A stretch of 64,000 bases of DNA from Candidatus Saccharimonadota bacterium (GTDB lineage Bacteria; Patescibacteriota; Saccharimonadia; Saccharimonadales; OFTM59): contig JAJDCL010000009.1 in the NCBI GenBank assembly GCA_029260875.1, forward strand, positions 103-64,102, written 5' to 3'. Positions 9,931-19,136 of the stretch are shown in pieces. Made by a program: the position numbers and the translations under genes. Below the pieces are notes generated by a model. The model worked only from the letters and a program-made list of their open reading frames with translations, searched no databases and was not told the origin of the DNA. Within the stretch, counting starts at the first letter, position 1, and each line of letters starts with the position of its first letter.

Positions 9931-12900
9931 ATATTTTGTTATTAATTAAATCCTCTTCAAATGCTGCGATACCGGCATAATCCGGGGTGTATTTGGATAT
10001 GTCTGGGAAATTCAGCGCTTTAACGTGTTGCCATACTGCTATTACGAGTTTGCTAAGCCGCGTTATTTCTTCTGCAGATGGGCTATACGACCTTGTGAAA
10101 TCGTTCGCTCTCTCTGCCTCTACATATATCATCCTGCCCTCTACAACCTTTCCACGAAAGCGAGCCGTGTTGTGAGTTAAAAGGGCATAAAAAGTCAACT
10201 GCGTTCGCTGTTTCCACGCGCGAATTACTTGGTTCTGGTCCTTTGTTTGAAAGCTGCTCAAGGGTCGACCGGTCTTATAGTCAACAACTACAATATGTTT
10301 ATCGTCCGGCAAGTCAATGCGGTCCAACTTGCCGCTGATGGTTGCAGGGCCAATTGTGACATCAGCTATGCGTTGTTCTGTAAGGCTGCCCGGTATTAGG
10401 CCTAATTTGTTTTCAATAAAAAGACTTTCTAGTAGCATTCTGCCTTGCTTTAGATACCTTTTAAACTCTTGTTCGGGTAGGTGTTCGTTTTTTAGGGCTG
10501 ATTCGTATGTCTGGAGTACCGTCGCCAAATCAAAAGAGTTTTTATTGACAAGCTTTTGTGCTTCTTCGAGCGCAGCATGGGTCGCTGTGCCGTGTGACAA
10601 AGACGCAGTTTTTACATCTGGCAAGCGCAAAATATTACGTTCAAAAAAGTAGTCGGGCCCGCCTTTTGTTACATCAAGAAAATTCAACAGACTCGTAACA
10701 CTTATAGAAAAATTTTCCAGCCGTGGCTTTAGTAGCGCGCTTTCATCCTTGGACTGAAGTCGCGGCCACCGCATCGTGTGTTCGAGCACTGTAACCGGAG
10801 GGTCAAGTCTTGATGGTGGGACTATCTTCGCCTCAACACTGGTGCGCACAAAGGGGGCCACTAATATTGGTTCGCCGATGTGGTTTTGGTAATAACTGCT
10901 AAAAACAAGCCTTCTCCTTGCTCTCGTAGACGCTACATACATTAGTCTTATGTAATCATCCATGTCATCACCGTAAGGCTGTAAAGGCAAATTCATGGGG
11001 GGCTTACGACCGCCGTTTCTGGGCTTCCAAATGTTTTCCATAGCATCCACAATGAATACGCTGTCAAATTCTAATCCCTTGGCTTTATGTACGGTCAGTA
11101 ACTGCACGGCGCTTTCGCTGCTTACAAACGGGGATTCATCAGCCAGAACCTTGTGGTTATTACGATTCAACTCAATAAAACGAACAAAATCCTGCAGGTT
11201 AGGGTCATTGTTGTGCGAAAATTCACTAACAAGTATGCGTAGCAAACGAATAGCAGATAACCCGTGCAAGTAATCATCATCAACTTCTTGTCTGGCAGCA
11301 AAGTATGGTTTGATTGGGCTGTCGCGATGTTCGCTTGCGCGCAGGCCGAGGAGGTATTCAATAGACAACTGAAGCGGCATATGAGGAGTTCTATGACCTA
11401 GCCAAAAGAACCATTGACCAATTGCTGCAAGTTTGGGGTTATCGCTTGATATCAAACTGTTGAGCCAATCAGGTTCGGCATAGTTAGTCACTGCAAGGTC
11501 CCACAAATCCTTAGGAGCGATTTCCCACATGGGGTGCAGCAAAGTCCTAGCGGTTTTTTCGTTTACGGCTTGTTTGTTTCCTGTTTTGATGGCAACAGCA
11601 AGCTCGGCCAGCAAGCACACCTGCTGGACAGCTTCATGGTCAAGAATATTGCTTTGTCGTTCGTACTGGACAGGCACTTTTAGTCTAAGAAGTATGCTGG
11701 CCAGTTGTTCCAAACTGTCATGGCTACGCGCAAGGATAGCTATCCTGCCCTGACCCTCAGCGCGAAGCTTGGCAACCTCTCTAGCAATACCCATTTGTTG
11801 ATGCTCAAGGGTTGGAAAGCTTAGATGTTTAACCGAGCTTTTCTGCCTTGGTTCATTTACGGCTGTCAGATTTTTATTCAAGCTTTTGTCTCGTTTCACC
11901 AATCTGTCTTCTGCTTGTTCTATGATTTTTTTCGATGCATCTAGTATTAATTGGCTTGAGCGGTAATTGTCTTTTAGCACTATCCTTTGTGTTGTAGGAT
12001 ACATGCGTTCAAATGACAAAAGATTATTAAGCTCGGCACCGTTAAATTTGTATATAGACTGATCGTCGTCCCCTACCGCCATAAGATTTGGTGCGCCGTC
12101 AGCTGCATTATGGTCAGCCACAAGGTGCGCTAGACGTAACTGTGCTGCGTTAGTGTCTTGGAATTCATCTATCAACACATACAAGTAACGCTCTTGTACG
12201 TTTGCCAGCATCTCAGGGCTGTTTTGTAGTTCTGTAATGACTTCTACTAGCATGTCGGCGTAATCATAGTAACCACGTCGTCGGAGTTCTGAACGATAAG
12301 TGTCATACACATCTGCCACGGCTAGCCACCATTGGTTGCGACGTCTTTCGTCAAACATACCCTTTTGGCCATCCACAATCTGCAATAAGCGCTTCTTCCA
12401 TTTGCCGGTGTTAACAGTTTTATTGGTATCTTGATCCATGCGGACCGCTTGTTCGAAAGATTGCTTTATAACACTCGTTAACGACAAGAGTGGTGCGGTT
12501 AGCTTGTCTGTGGGTTGGTCCGGTAAATCATGAATTTGCTCCGCAAGCTTACCGAGGTTTTTGTATGATAACGGCGCATCAAGTGTAGTAATTAGCTTTG
12601 GTTCAAGCGCCTCAATAAATGCAATATTGGCCTTAATTAATGCTTTGAGTCGGCCAGGTGTGAGGCCGGCTTCCTTGGCTAGCTTTAAAGCTTCCTGTAC
12701 AGCGCCAATTGCCGTATATTCACCGGCAAATTTTAGTGCCAGCGGGTTATCAAGTGGCAGTTCGCGCAGAATTGTCTCTACGATTTCAAGCTGAACCGCA
12801 TCTGGAGCAGTTGCCAGCCGTGCGCCACTCCAAAAATGATCAGGGTATTGATTCATTAGCTCTGCAGCAAAGCTGTGGAATGTCTTAGCAGAAACATCAC

Positions 12901-13147
12901 GGGCGGTCGGTCCAATAAGCGAAACTAGTCTTTCGCGCATGTTTGTCGCAGCTTTGTTGGTAAAAGTCAGGCAAAGTATGTTGGCCGCTGCCGTATCTGT
13001 TTTTTTCAAAATATTAGCGACGCGCATACTGAGTAGCTGGGTCTTGCCAGTACCTGGCCCGGCTATGACGAGTACTGGCCCGTCAATTACTGTGACGGCG
13101 CGTTTTTGCTCAGGGTTCAACCTTGAGTATTCTTTATCAAAACTCAT
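9929..13147 (-). CDS. UvrD/PcrA-type SF1 helicase fused to a C-terminal PD-(D/E)XK nuclease
   Basis: AGPGTGKT, IDEFQD, VGDDDQSIYKF, TVHKAKGLEF, YVASTRA; C-terminal GKLDRID...VVDYKTG. Confidence 0.93.
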   Translation of the reverse strand: MSFDKEYSRLNPEQKRAVTVIDGPVLVIAGPGTGKTQLLSMRVANILKKTDTAAANILCLTFTNKAATNMRERLVSLIGPTARDVSAKTFHSFAAELMNQYPDHFWSGARLATAPDAVQLEIVETILRELPLDNPLALKFAGEYTAIGAVQEALKLAKEAGLTPGRLKALIKANIAFIEALEPKLITTLDAPLSYKNLGKLAEQIHDLPDQPTDKLTAPLLSLTSVIKQSFEQAVRMDQDTNKTVNTGKWKKRLLQIVDGQKGMFDERRRNQWWLAVADVYDTYRSELRRRGYYDYADMLVEVITELQNSPEMLANVQERYLYVLIDEFQDTNAAQLRLAHLVADHNAADGAPNLMAVGDDDQSIYKFNGAELNNLLSFERMYPTTQRIVLKDNYRSSQLILDASKKIIEQAEDRLVKRDKSLNKNLTAVNEPRQKSSVKHLSFPTLEHQQMGIAREVAKLRAEGQGRIAILARSHDSLEQLASILLRLKVPVQYERQSNILDHEAVQQVCLLAELAVAIKTGNKQAVNEKTARTLLHPMWEIAPKDLWDLAVTNYAEPDWLNSLISSDNPKLAAIGQWFFWLGHRTPHMPLQLSIEYLLGLRASEHRDSPIKPYFAARQEVDDDYLHGLSAIRLLRILVSEFSHNNDPNLQDFVRFIELNRNNHKVLADESPFVSSESAVQLLTVHKAKGLEFDSVFIVDAMENIWKPRNGGRKPPMNLPLQPYGDDMDDYIRLMYVASTRARRRLVFSSYYQNHIGEPILVAPFVRTSVEAKIVPPSRLDPPVTVLEHTMRWPRLQSKDESALLKPRLENFSISVTSLLNFLDVTKGGPDYFFERNILRLPDVKTASLSHGTATHAALEEAQKLVNKNSFDLATVLQTYESALKNEHLPEQEFKRYLKQGRMLLESLFIENKLGLIPGSLTEQRIADVTIGPATISGKLDRIDLPDDKHIVVVDYKTGRPLSSFQTKDQNQVIRAWKQRTQLTFYALLTHNTARFRGKVVEGRMIYVEAERANDFTRSYSPSAEEITRLSKLVIAVWQHVKALNFPDISKYTPDYAGIAAFEEDLINNKI

Positions 13148-13229
13148 CCCACTATTGTAACCTGTTGCTTTACTAGTTGCACAAGTTGGCTGCCGGGTTT
13201 ATTCTGAAATAATAAGCGGAAGATCTACA

Positions 13230-13757
13230 ATGAGGCTATTGCAGGGTATTGAAAAGCAAGTGCGCGAACAATATAAGGGCATGCCGACATTGTCCAAGCA
13301 GTCTAAAAAGGCTTTAGTAACGGCTTGGCCACTTATAGCACTAGCTTTGGGTGTGCTGCAGCTCGTTGCGGCATATTGGCTTTATGAGTCTGCTCAAGTT
13401 GCAGGTGTGTTTAGTGATTTAGCTCAGTCCCTTTCGGCCCATTATGTGGGCAATGACACGGGGCTTACGGCTACTGACAAGGTTACAATGTATTTAGGCG
13501 TGGCGCTGCTTGTGGTGGACGGAATAGCCTTGCTGGTGTCGTATCCATACCTGAGACGTCGTCTGAAGCGTGGCTGGTACCTGCTGTTTTTTGGCATTCT
13601 CATAAATACAGTTTATGCGATTATGACTGGCTTTTGGGCGCGGCAAGTTGGCTTTGGCCCATTAATACTTGGGTTTTTTGGTTCGGTAGCCAGCTTCTAC
13701 CTGTTATTCCAAATAAAAGATTATTATGTGACGACCACCGCTCACAAGATGACCTAG
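13230..13757 (+). CDS. Hypothetical membrane protein (about 4 TM)
   Basis: Hydrophobic segments; RBS GGA(A)G. Confidence 0.75.
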   Translation: MRLLQGIEKQVREQYKGMPTLSKQSKKALVTAWPLIALALGVLQLVAAYWLYESAQVAGVFSDLAQSLSAHYVGNDTGLTATDKVTMYLGVALLVVDGIALLVSYPYLRRRLKRGWYLLFFGILINTVYAIMTGFWARQVGFGPLILGFFGSVASFYLLFQIKDYYVTTTAHKMT

Positions 13758-13830
13758 GTATGGTTACTAATCGCGTATCTTTAGCTCTTTTACTAAATAT
13801 TGTACAATTTAGTGACCGTAACTAGGTCAT
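13749..13830. repeat. 21-bp inverted repeat upstream of the Crp-family gene
   Basis: ATGACCTAGGTATGGTTACTA (13749-13769) versus TAGTGACCGTAACTAGGTCAT (13810-13830): 18/21 Watson-Crick pairs plus 2 G-U. Confidence 0.7.
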
Positions 13831-13836
13831 TAATAA

Positions 13837-14505
13837 TTGAAAACTTTCCAAGAATTTCTTGAACGTTACCACGTGAAGTCCTATGCAAGAGGCGAGCTCA
13901 TACTTGTTCAGGGTGAAGTGCCCCCTTGCGCCTATGTTATAAAAAAGGGTGTCATAAAGACCTACAACCTTACAGCAAAGGGTGAAGAGAAGCCAATTAC
14001 ATATGATGTGGTAATGGAAAGTTTCCCTATCGGATGGATTTTCTCTAGGACTGAAGAGTCACAGTTCTTCTATGATGCATATACAGATGTTGAACTGTAC
14101 TGCGTCCCCCGCTCTGATTACTGCCAGTTTTTAAAGGATAATGTAGAGGTTCTTTACGAAGCGCATAAATTTTGGATAAACAGGTTATTGAACATGCAGA
14201 CAAGGGTGAATGCGCTTGAGCAGTCCAAAGCCCCCTCAAAAGTTGTCAATACACTTCACTATTTATGTTTGCGCTACGGCAAAGACGTTAAAGATAACGT
14301 AGTGCGTATTGATCTACCATTAACGCAGCAAGAGCTAGCAAACTTTATGGGCTTGACCCGCGAGACAACTGGTATTGAGCTGAAAAAACTGCAAAGAAGT
14401 GGCGTTCTAAACTATAAACGACAGAACTATATTGTTAATACCGACAAGCTTAATGACCTGCTCGACGAAGACTACTCCCAGGCAAAGCTAGTTGATGAGG
14501 CCTGA
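13837..14505 (+). CDS. Crp/Fnr family transcriptional regulator
   Basis: cNMP-binding fold (YVIKKGVIK) and HTH LTQQELANFMGLTRETT. Confidence 0.95.
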   Translation: MKTFQEFLERYHVKSYARGELILVQGEVPPCAYVIKKGVIKTYNLTAKGEEKPITYDVVMESFPIGWIFSRTEESQFFYDAYTDVELYCVPRSDYCQFLKDNVEVLYEAHKFWINRLLNMQTRVNALEQSKAPSKVVNTLHYLCLRYGKDVKDNVVRIDLPLTQQELANFMGLTRETTGIELKKLQRSGVLNYKRQNYIVNTDKLNDLLDEDYSQAKLVDEA

Positions 14506-14549
14506 ATATGACCCGACAAAGTTTTTAACAGATTTAATACAAACTCAGA

Positions 14550-14699
14550 CTAAACAAGTTGTTGCTTTAAGCGACGCCACCTCTTAGCGCGCAACTTCTC
14601 GGCCTTGAGCTTCCAGTCCCGACTGATATCTCCATAGAGTTCATCAAAACTTAGATCGGCTACCCTAGTTGGCTGATGAAGTATTTTATTTCTGCTCAT
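14550..14699 (-). CDS. 49-aa basic microprotein A (MSRNKILHQPTRVADLSFDELYGDISRDWKLKAEKLRAKRWRRLKQQLV)
   Basis: RBS AGGAGGT, upstream Crp-type promoter, clear paralog at 18896-19054. Confidence 0.85.
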   Translation of the reverse strand: MSRNKILHQPTRVADLSFDELYGDISRDWKLKAEKLRAKRWRRLKQQLV

Positions 14700-14734
14700 A
14701 CGACCTCCTATACAAATTGCTTATTTGTGATAAA

Positions 14735-14777
14735 AGCATAAACCCTATATAAAACTTTTGCAGCGGGAAAATTCACA
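14735..14777 (-). promoter_or_regulatory. Class II Crp-type promoter of microprotein A
   Basis: Minus strand TGTGA-ATTTTC-CCGCT (14777-14762) and -10 TATGCT (14740-14735); box centre at -41.5. Confidence 0.65.
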
Positions 14778-14819
14778 AATGTGCTGTATGGCTGTTCAAT
14801 ATGGACGCCGAGCTCAGCC

Positions 14820-15209
14820 TTATTTGCGGGTTCGGGCAAGATCCTTACCGACTAGGTGGTTAACGATCAAGGATAACTCGTCTGGCTTTGCATGTGCCTT
14901 AACGATATATTTATACGCACCTAGCTTTATGGCTTTTTCAACCTTTTTTTCGTCGCCAAGATTGCTCAATACGACTATAGCGACACCTTTAAGACTATTT
15001 TTTGACCTGTAAGCCTCTAGGAATTCAATTCCATCCATCTCTGGCATGAGTAGGTCAAGCAAAATAATCTTCGGCTTGTGCAATGCAGCTTTTTCAAGCC
15101 CCTTTTTACCGTTATGAGCTACAACTACTTTATGGCCATGCTTTTCAAGAATCAACTTGTAGGCGTCGCTCAGAAGTTTGTCATCTTCAATAATCAGTAT
15201 TTTGGCCAT
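14820..15209 (-). CDS. Single-domain response regulator (receiver only)
   Basis: ILIIEDD, LLDLLMPEMDG, YIVK. Confidence 0.95.
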   Translation of the reverse strand: MAKILIIEDDKLLSDAYKLILEKHGHKVVVAHNGKKGLEKAALHKPKIILLDLLMPEMDGIEFLEAYRSKNSLKGVAIVVLSNLGDEKKVEKAIKLGAYKYIVKAHAKPDELSLIVNHLVGKDLARTRK

Positions 15210-15255
15210 GCTGCTCCTCTTATTCTAGACTATACTATAATGACATAAAATTTCA

Positions 15256-16422
15256 TTACGTTTGTAAGAATTCATCTATTTTGGTAGAAAGCTTATCGTC
15301 AGAAGCGGTTATTGGTACAGAAAAATAAAACGTACTCCCTGTGTTTTCGCGACTTTCAAACCACACCTTACCTCCGATGCTGTTCGCGATTAGCTTAACC
15401 ATATATAGGCCTAGCCCTGTCCCAAACGTTTCTTTTTGCATGACATTCCCTGCCCGAAAAAACTTGCTGAACATATTGGACTGGCTTTCTTTCGGTATGC
15501 CATAGCCTGTGTCGCTAACTTTTAAAATAACATTTTTGCCTTTTTTAGATAATGCGACGCTGATCGTACCTTTGGGCGGAGTGTACTTAATTGCGTTAGA
15601 CAGTAAATTAGAAAAAACTTCTTTTAGTAGCAGCGGGTCAGCCGTAATCATCAATGGTTCAGATGGTAAATCTACGCTCAGCTTTATTTTTTTATCCACT
15701 GCCACTTGGTCAAATTCCTTCGTTATAGAATTTATAATTGCATTATAGTCTACGCTTGATGGGTTTATTTGGAGTTGACCTGTTTCAATACGGGATATAT
15801 CAAGCAGTGTCGTAATAAGATCGTTCATGCGATCAATAGACAGTAAAATAATCTGCATAAAGTCTTTCTGTTTTTCTAGTAGATCTCCGGCATAGCCGTC
15901 GTACAACATTCTTGAATAGGTGTTAATGGCGCTTAAAGGCGTACGAAGCTGGTGCGAAGCTATAGATATAAACTCGCTTTTCATGCGATCTACTTGGTGT
16001 TCCTGGGTTATGTCCCGAAAAGTTTCAACCGCCCCTATGGGCTTACCGTTCTGCAAAATAGGCGAAACCGTAACAAAAACCGGAAGTCGCGGGTCCTTTC
16101 TTGTGCGGTAATATGTGCGCTCTGAAATAGTGCGACCGCTTAAAAATGCCCGAGTTATTGGGCGGTCAATTGGCGGTACAACAGTATTGGCTTGTGTTAC
16201 CGCCACAACAATATCAGGGAACCATTTGCCAAGCGCTCGTTTTTCCGTTAGCCCCAGTATATTAAGAGCTGTCTTATTGATGCGATATATAACACCATGC
16301 TCATCTGTCGCAATGGCGCCTTCGCCCATACTGGCAAACAGCGCCTCGGTCTTGGCCTTCTCTTGTACAGCACGAAGTGTACTATCCTGAAGTTCTTTTA
16401 GTAGTTCGCTTAAGTCAAGCAT
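15256..16422 (-). CDS. Cytoplasmic PAS-HisKA-HATPase histidine kinase
   Basis: ASHQLRTPL, NLLSNAIKYT, DTGYGI, GTGLGL; no TM. Confidence 0.95.
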   Translation of the reverse strand: MLDLSELLKELQDSTLRAVQEKAKTEALFASMGEGAIATDEHGVIYRINKTALNILGLTEKRALGKWFPDIVVAVTQANTVVPPIDRPITRAFLSGRTISERTYYRTRKDPRLPVFVTVSPILQNGKPIGAVETFRDITQEHQVDRMKSEFISIASHQLRTPLSAINTYSRMLYDGYAGDLLEKQKDFMQIILLSIDRMNDLITTLLDISRIETGQLQINPSSVDYNAIINSITKEFDQVAVDKKIKLSVDLPSEPLMITADPLLLKEVFSNLLSNAIKYTPPKGTISVALSKKGKNVILKVSDTGYGIPKESQSNMFSKFFRAGNVMQKETFGTGLGLYMVKLIANSIGGKVWFESRENTGSTFYFSVPITASDDKLSTKIDEFLQT

Positions 16423-16433
16423 GGCTGTTAAAT

Positions 16434-17546
16434 TTATCTGCTCTGAGCCTTAGGAGGTGTTCTTTTTGTGCTATTTTCTCCATCTATAATGTCAGCCAAA
16501 ATTGCATTGATCTTGCTTGTGGCATCGTTCATCTGCGCTTGCAAATCTTTGCGCAGTTCCATGTTGCGCATTGCCTGTATTTTAGCCTGATTTAGCTCGC
16601 CAGCTTGTTTGATAACAGCTTGCTCGGAACGAATACGGCCATACACAGCAACAGAAAGCACCAAAGCCGTCAGCATAATGATTAGTAAAAAGAAGTGCAG
16701 TGCAAAAAGATTATGAAAAGTTACGTCACTATATGCATAGGGCCCGGTGCCTGCTAAGGTCCCCCATATAGCAGAGATAGCGATAACCATACCAGCTGTA
16801 ACTGCGCCGATTTGAGTAAAGCGTACCGCCGCTAAAATAATCAACGGGAACAGCACATAGATGAATGGCAAAGTCGACTCCGGGGATTGTGGTGGCTGTG
16901 TAAATATTAGCAGACTAACCATTATTACTATCAGCAGCAGCGCAAGTGCTTCGTAGACGTGGCCTGACAGTGCTTCTCTGTACGCTTGTGTACGCCATGC
17001 AACTATAAAAGGCACTATAAGAAAGGCCCCCATGAGATCACCAATCCACCAAGTAATCCACGCTTCTCCAAGGTTGGCCGATACAACTACGCCACTCAGC
17101 ACTAAACTCCCGGCCCCGACTGTTGCGGCAATGATAGAGCTAAGAATCGGCGCTAAAACAACAAACATAACAGAGCCGGTTATAGATTCAAGAATCTCGC
17201 CATTCAGGATGAAGCGCCTAACTAGAAACACAGCTGTTACCGCCTCCAGTGTGTTACCTAGCGCAATTCCTGTAGCAACTGATGGTGAGACGCCCATCAA
17301 AGAGTTGATCATAAACGCTCCCACAAAAATACTGGGCCAATAATGATATCCCCACAACAGTAGCGCAGTCATCGCTATGCCACTAGGAGGCCAAATTGCG
17401 GTTATGTGATCAAAATTTTGAGAAAGTGAAAATCCAAGTCTGGCGGCTAAAATATAAACTACAGACAGGAATAATAGTTTTACTAAATAGGGCTTTACCC
17501 CCTCCTCTTTAATTGCGCGCTCAAAGGCGATAAGTGTAGAGTCCAT
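16434..17546 (-). CDS. Stand-alone MASE1 membrane sensor with a C-terminal coiled coil
   Basis: IWPPSGIA, GNTLEA, WWIGDLMG, GTGPY. Confidence 0.88.
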   Translation of the reverse strand: MDSTLIAFERAIKEEGVKPYLVKLLFLSVVYILAARLGFSLSQNFDHITAIWPPSGIAMTALLLWGYHYWPSIFVGAFMINSLMGVSPSVATGIALGNTLEAVTAVFLVRRFILNGEILESITGSVMFVVLAPILSSIIAATVGAGSLVLSGVVVSANLGEAWITWWIGDLMGAFLIVPFIVAWRTQAYREALSGHVYEALALLLIVIMVSLLIFTQPPQSPESTLPFIYVLFPLIILAAVRFTQIGAVTAGMVIAISAIWGTLAGTGPYAYSDVTFHNLFALHFFLLIIMLTALVLSVAVYGRIRSEQAVIKQAGELNQAKIQAMRNMELRKDLQAQMNDATSKINAILADIIDGENSTKRTPPKAQSR

Positions 17547-17551
17547 TTTAT

Positions 17552-17812
17552 TTATGTCGTCCCATTATTGGCAAGGCTCATCAGGCGGTTTACGTAATTA
17601 TTGACAATCTGCTTATCGTTGGTTAGTAGTGCCATTGATACTCTACTCCAGGCTGCCAAAGTTTTTAGGTCACTTTTAGTAAGTTCTTCCGGAGCTTTGC
17701 TAAGATGGCTGTCAATTTGCCTGTCTACGAATCGACGAGCCGCGGGGCCAAGGTAGTCTGTCGTGACAGCAAGCACATCCTGGTATAGCGAATTCGCCTT
17801 TATCATGCTCAA
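17552..17812 (-). CDS. Small hypothetical protein in the signalling operon
   Basis: YLGPAARRFVDRQI...L; overlaps the upstream gene by 4 nt. Confidence 0.75.
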   Translation of the reverse strand: MSMIKANSLYQDVLAVTTDYLGPAARRFVDRQIDSHLSKAPEELTKSDLKTLAAWSRVSMALLTNDKQIVNNYVNRLMSLANNGTT

Positions 17813-18771
17813 ACTTCCTCGATCTTCTTAAGCTTTTCGGCGCCCTTTGCGATGAGCCCGTAGCCGATAGCAATAAATATGAGCAGGCAGTAAATTATTG
17901 CCAGAAGATACTGCAGGGTCCATGCTTCAACGATTGTGTTAAGCGATGCCATGTAGCGCATGGCTACTCGGGACAAAACAACAAACACAATACCAGCTGC
18001 AAGATACGCTAGAGCCTTTTTGTAGATAATGCCCTGTACGCTTTTTCTGTAAATGCGTATAAAGTAGGCCGCGTGAAGGCCCATGTACCAAATTATTAAA
18101 TATGGCAAAACTACGGTAAAGAGTAGAAGAAAGTCGGGCAAATAATAAGCTGCGTGGCCACCTTCCGCTGCCGGAAATTGTCGTACGGGATTTGTGAAGG
18201 TTAAATATGTGTAAGAAGTCCCGATTAAAGCTAGTACGATCATTACTAAGTATGGCGGTGCTGTTTTATTATTGCTCTTTGTGGTGGTTTTCATTAATCT
18301 TTGTGACCCGGTGTATATAAGCCCTACTGCGACTAGCCCAGCTATAATATCTATATAATTAACGATTATCGTGCTGGTAGCAGCAAGATGCGGCTGTAAA
18401 TCTTCCGCAAGGCTGACTAACCTGTTGCCGATGGCTCGTAAGGGGAGCCCCACAGCGAGTACAAAAAGCCCATTGGCTATTGTTGACAAGGACTTCCCGT
18501 GACTACTCTTCCTGATCAGGTGAGAATACGTTTTAAGTCGAACAAAACCAAATATGGCAAAAAACCAAATAACAATGTAAGGCAAAGTCACAGTGAGTCT
18601 TAGGTTGCGAGCTTCGGAAGACGTAAGGTCGTATCGTGTCAAAATATCTGTATCTGTCGGCGCCCAAAGTGTAAGTGCAACATAAACCAAAGTAAAAATT
18701 CCAAACAGAAAATAAGCTGCCCCAGGCCTTATAATTTTAGACATATACCTCTGTATCATTTTAAATAACAC
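17809..18771 (-). CDS. Polytopic membrane protein (7-8 TM), possible sensor
   Basis: Multiple hydrophobic helices; first gene of the signalling operon. Confidence 0.75.
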   Translation of the reverse strand: MLFKMIQRYMSKIIRPGAAYFLFGIFTLVYVALTLWAPTDTDILTRYDLTSSEARNLRLTVTLPYIVIWFFAIFGFVRLKTYSHLIRKSSHGKSLSTIANGLFVLAVGLPLRAIGNRLVSLAEDLQPHLAATSTIIVNYIDIIAGLVAVGLIYTGSQRLMKTTTKSNNKTAPPYLVMIVLALIGTSYTYLTFTNPVRQFPAAEGGHAAYYLPDFLLLFTVVLPYLIIWYMGLHAAYFIRIYRKSVQGIIYKKALAYLAAGIVFVVLSRVAMRYMASLNTIVEAWTLQYLLAIIYCLLIFIAIGYGLIAKGAEKLKKIEEV

Positions 18772-18895
18772 GGCAAATTATAATATGAAATAAGTACTAA
18801 GGATAGTGGTCTATGGCTTCTTTCTGTGACGCGAATTTGCATAAAATTGTACACTGTAATCAACTCGTTGGTTGGGTGTGATTGCCTAGCTTGAA

Positions 18896-19054
18896 TCATC
18901 CCTTAATGTAAGCAAGTTTTCGTTGTAGTTGCTTCCACCTACGGGTGCGTAAATCCACAGCTCTTTTCTCCCAATCTGCAGCAAAAGTTTCATAGAACTC
19001 AACAAAACTTGTGTCTATGATTAATGGCTTAGAAAGCACGTTCTTGTTGCTCAT
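18896..19054 (-). CDS. 52-aa basic microprotein B (MSNKNVLSKPLIIDTSFVEFYETFAADWEKRAVDLRTRRWKQLQRKLAYIKG)
   Basis: RBS GGAGG, Crp-type promoter, paralog of 14550-14699. Confidence 0.85.
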   Translation of the reverse strand: MSNKNVLSKPLIIDTSFVEFYETFAADWEKRAVDLRTRRWKQLQRKLAYIKG

Positions 19055-19082
19055 TTACCCCTCCACTTACTCTTTGAGTATA

Positions 19083-19125
19083 AATATAATGGAAGCAAGG
19101 CCCTCGCACAGTGAGTTTTCTCGCA
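19083..19125 (-). promoter_or_regulatory. Class II Crp-type promoter of microprotein B
   Basis: Minus strand TGCGA-GAAAAC-TCACT (19125-19110) and -10 TATATT (19088-19083); box centre at -41.5. Confidence 0.7.
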
Positions 19126-19136
19126 AATCTAGGAGT

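Noticed and set aside
9929..13147. Helicase-nuclease fusion as a novel defence system
   Set aside because: It fits the widespread AddA/AdnB-like repair architecture
18825..18840. Additional Crp box upstream of the signalling operon
   Set aside because: Only one good half-site, and the spacing to the -10 does not match the other three
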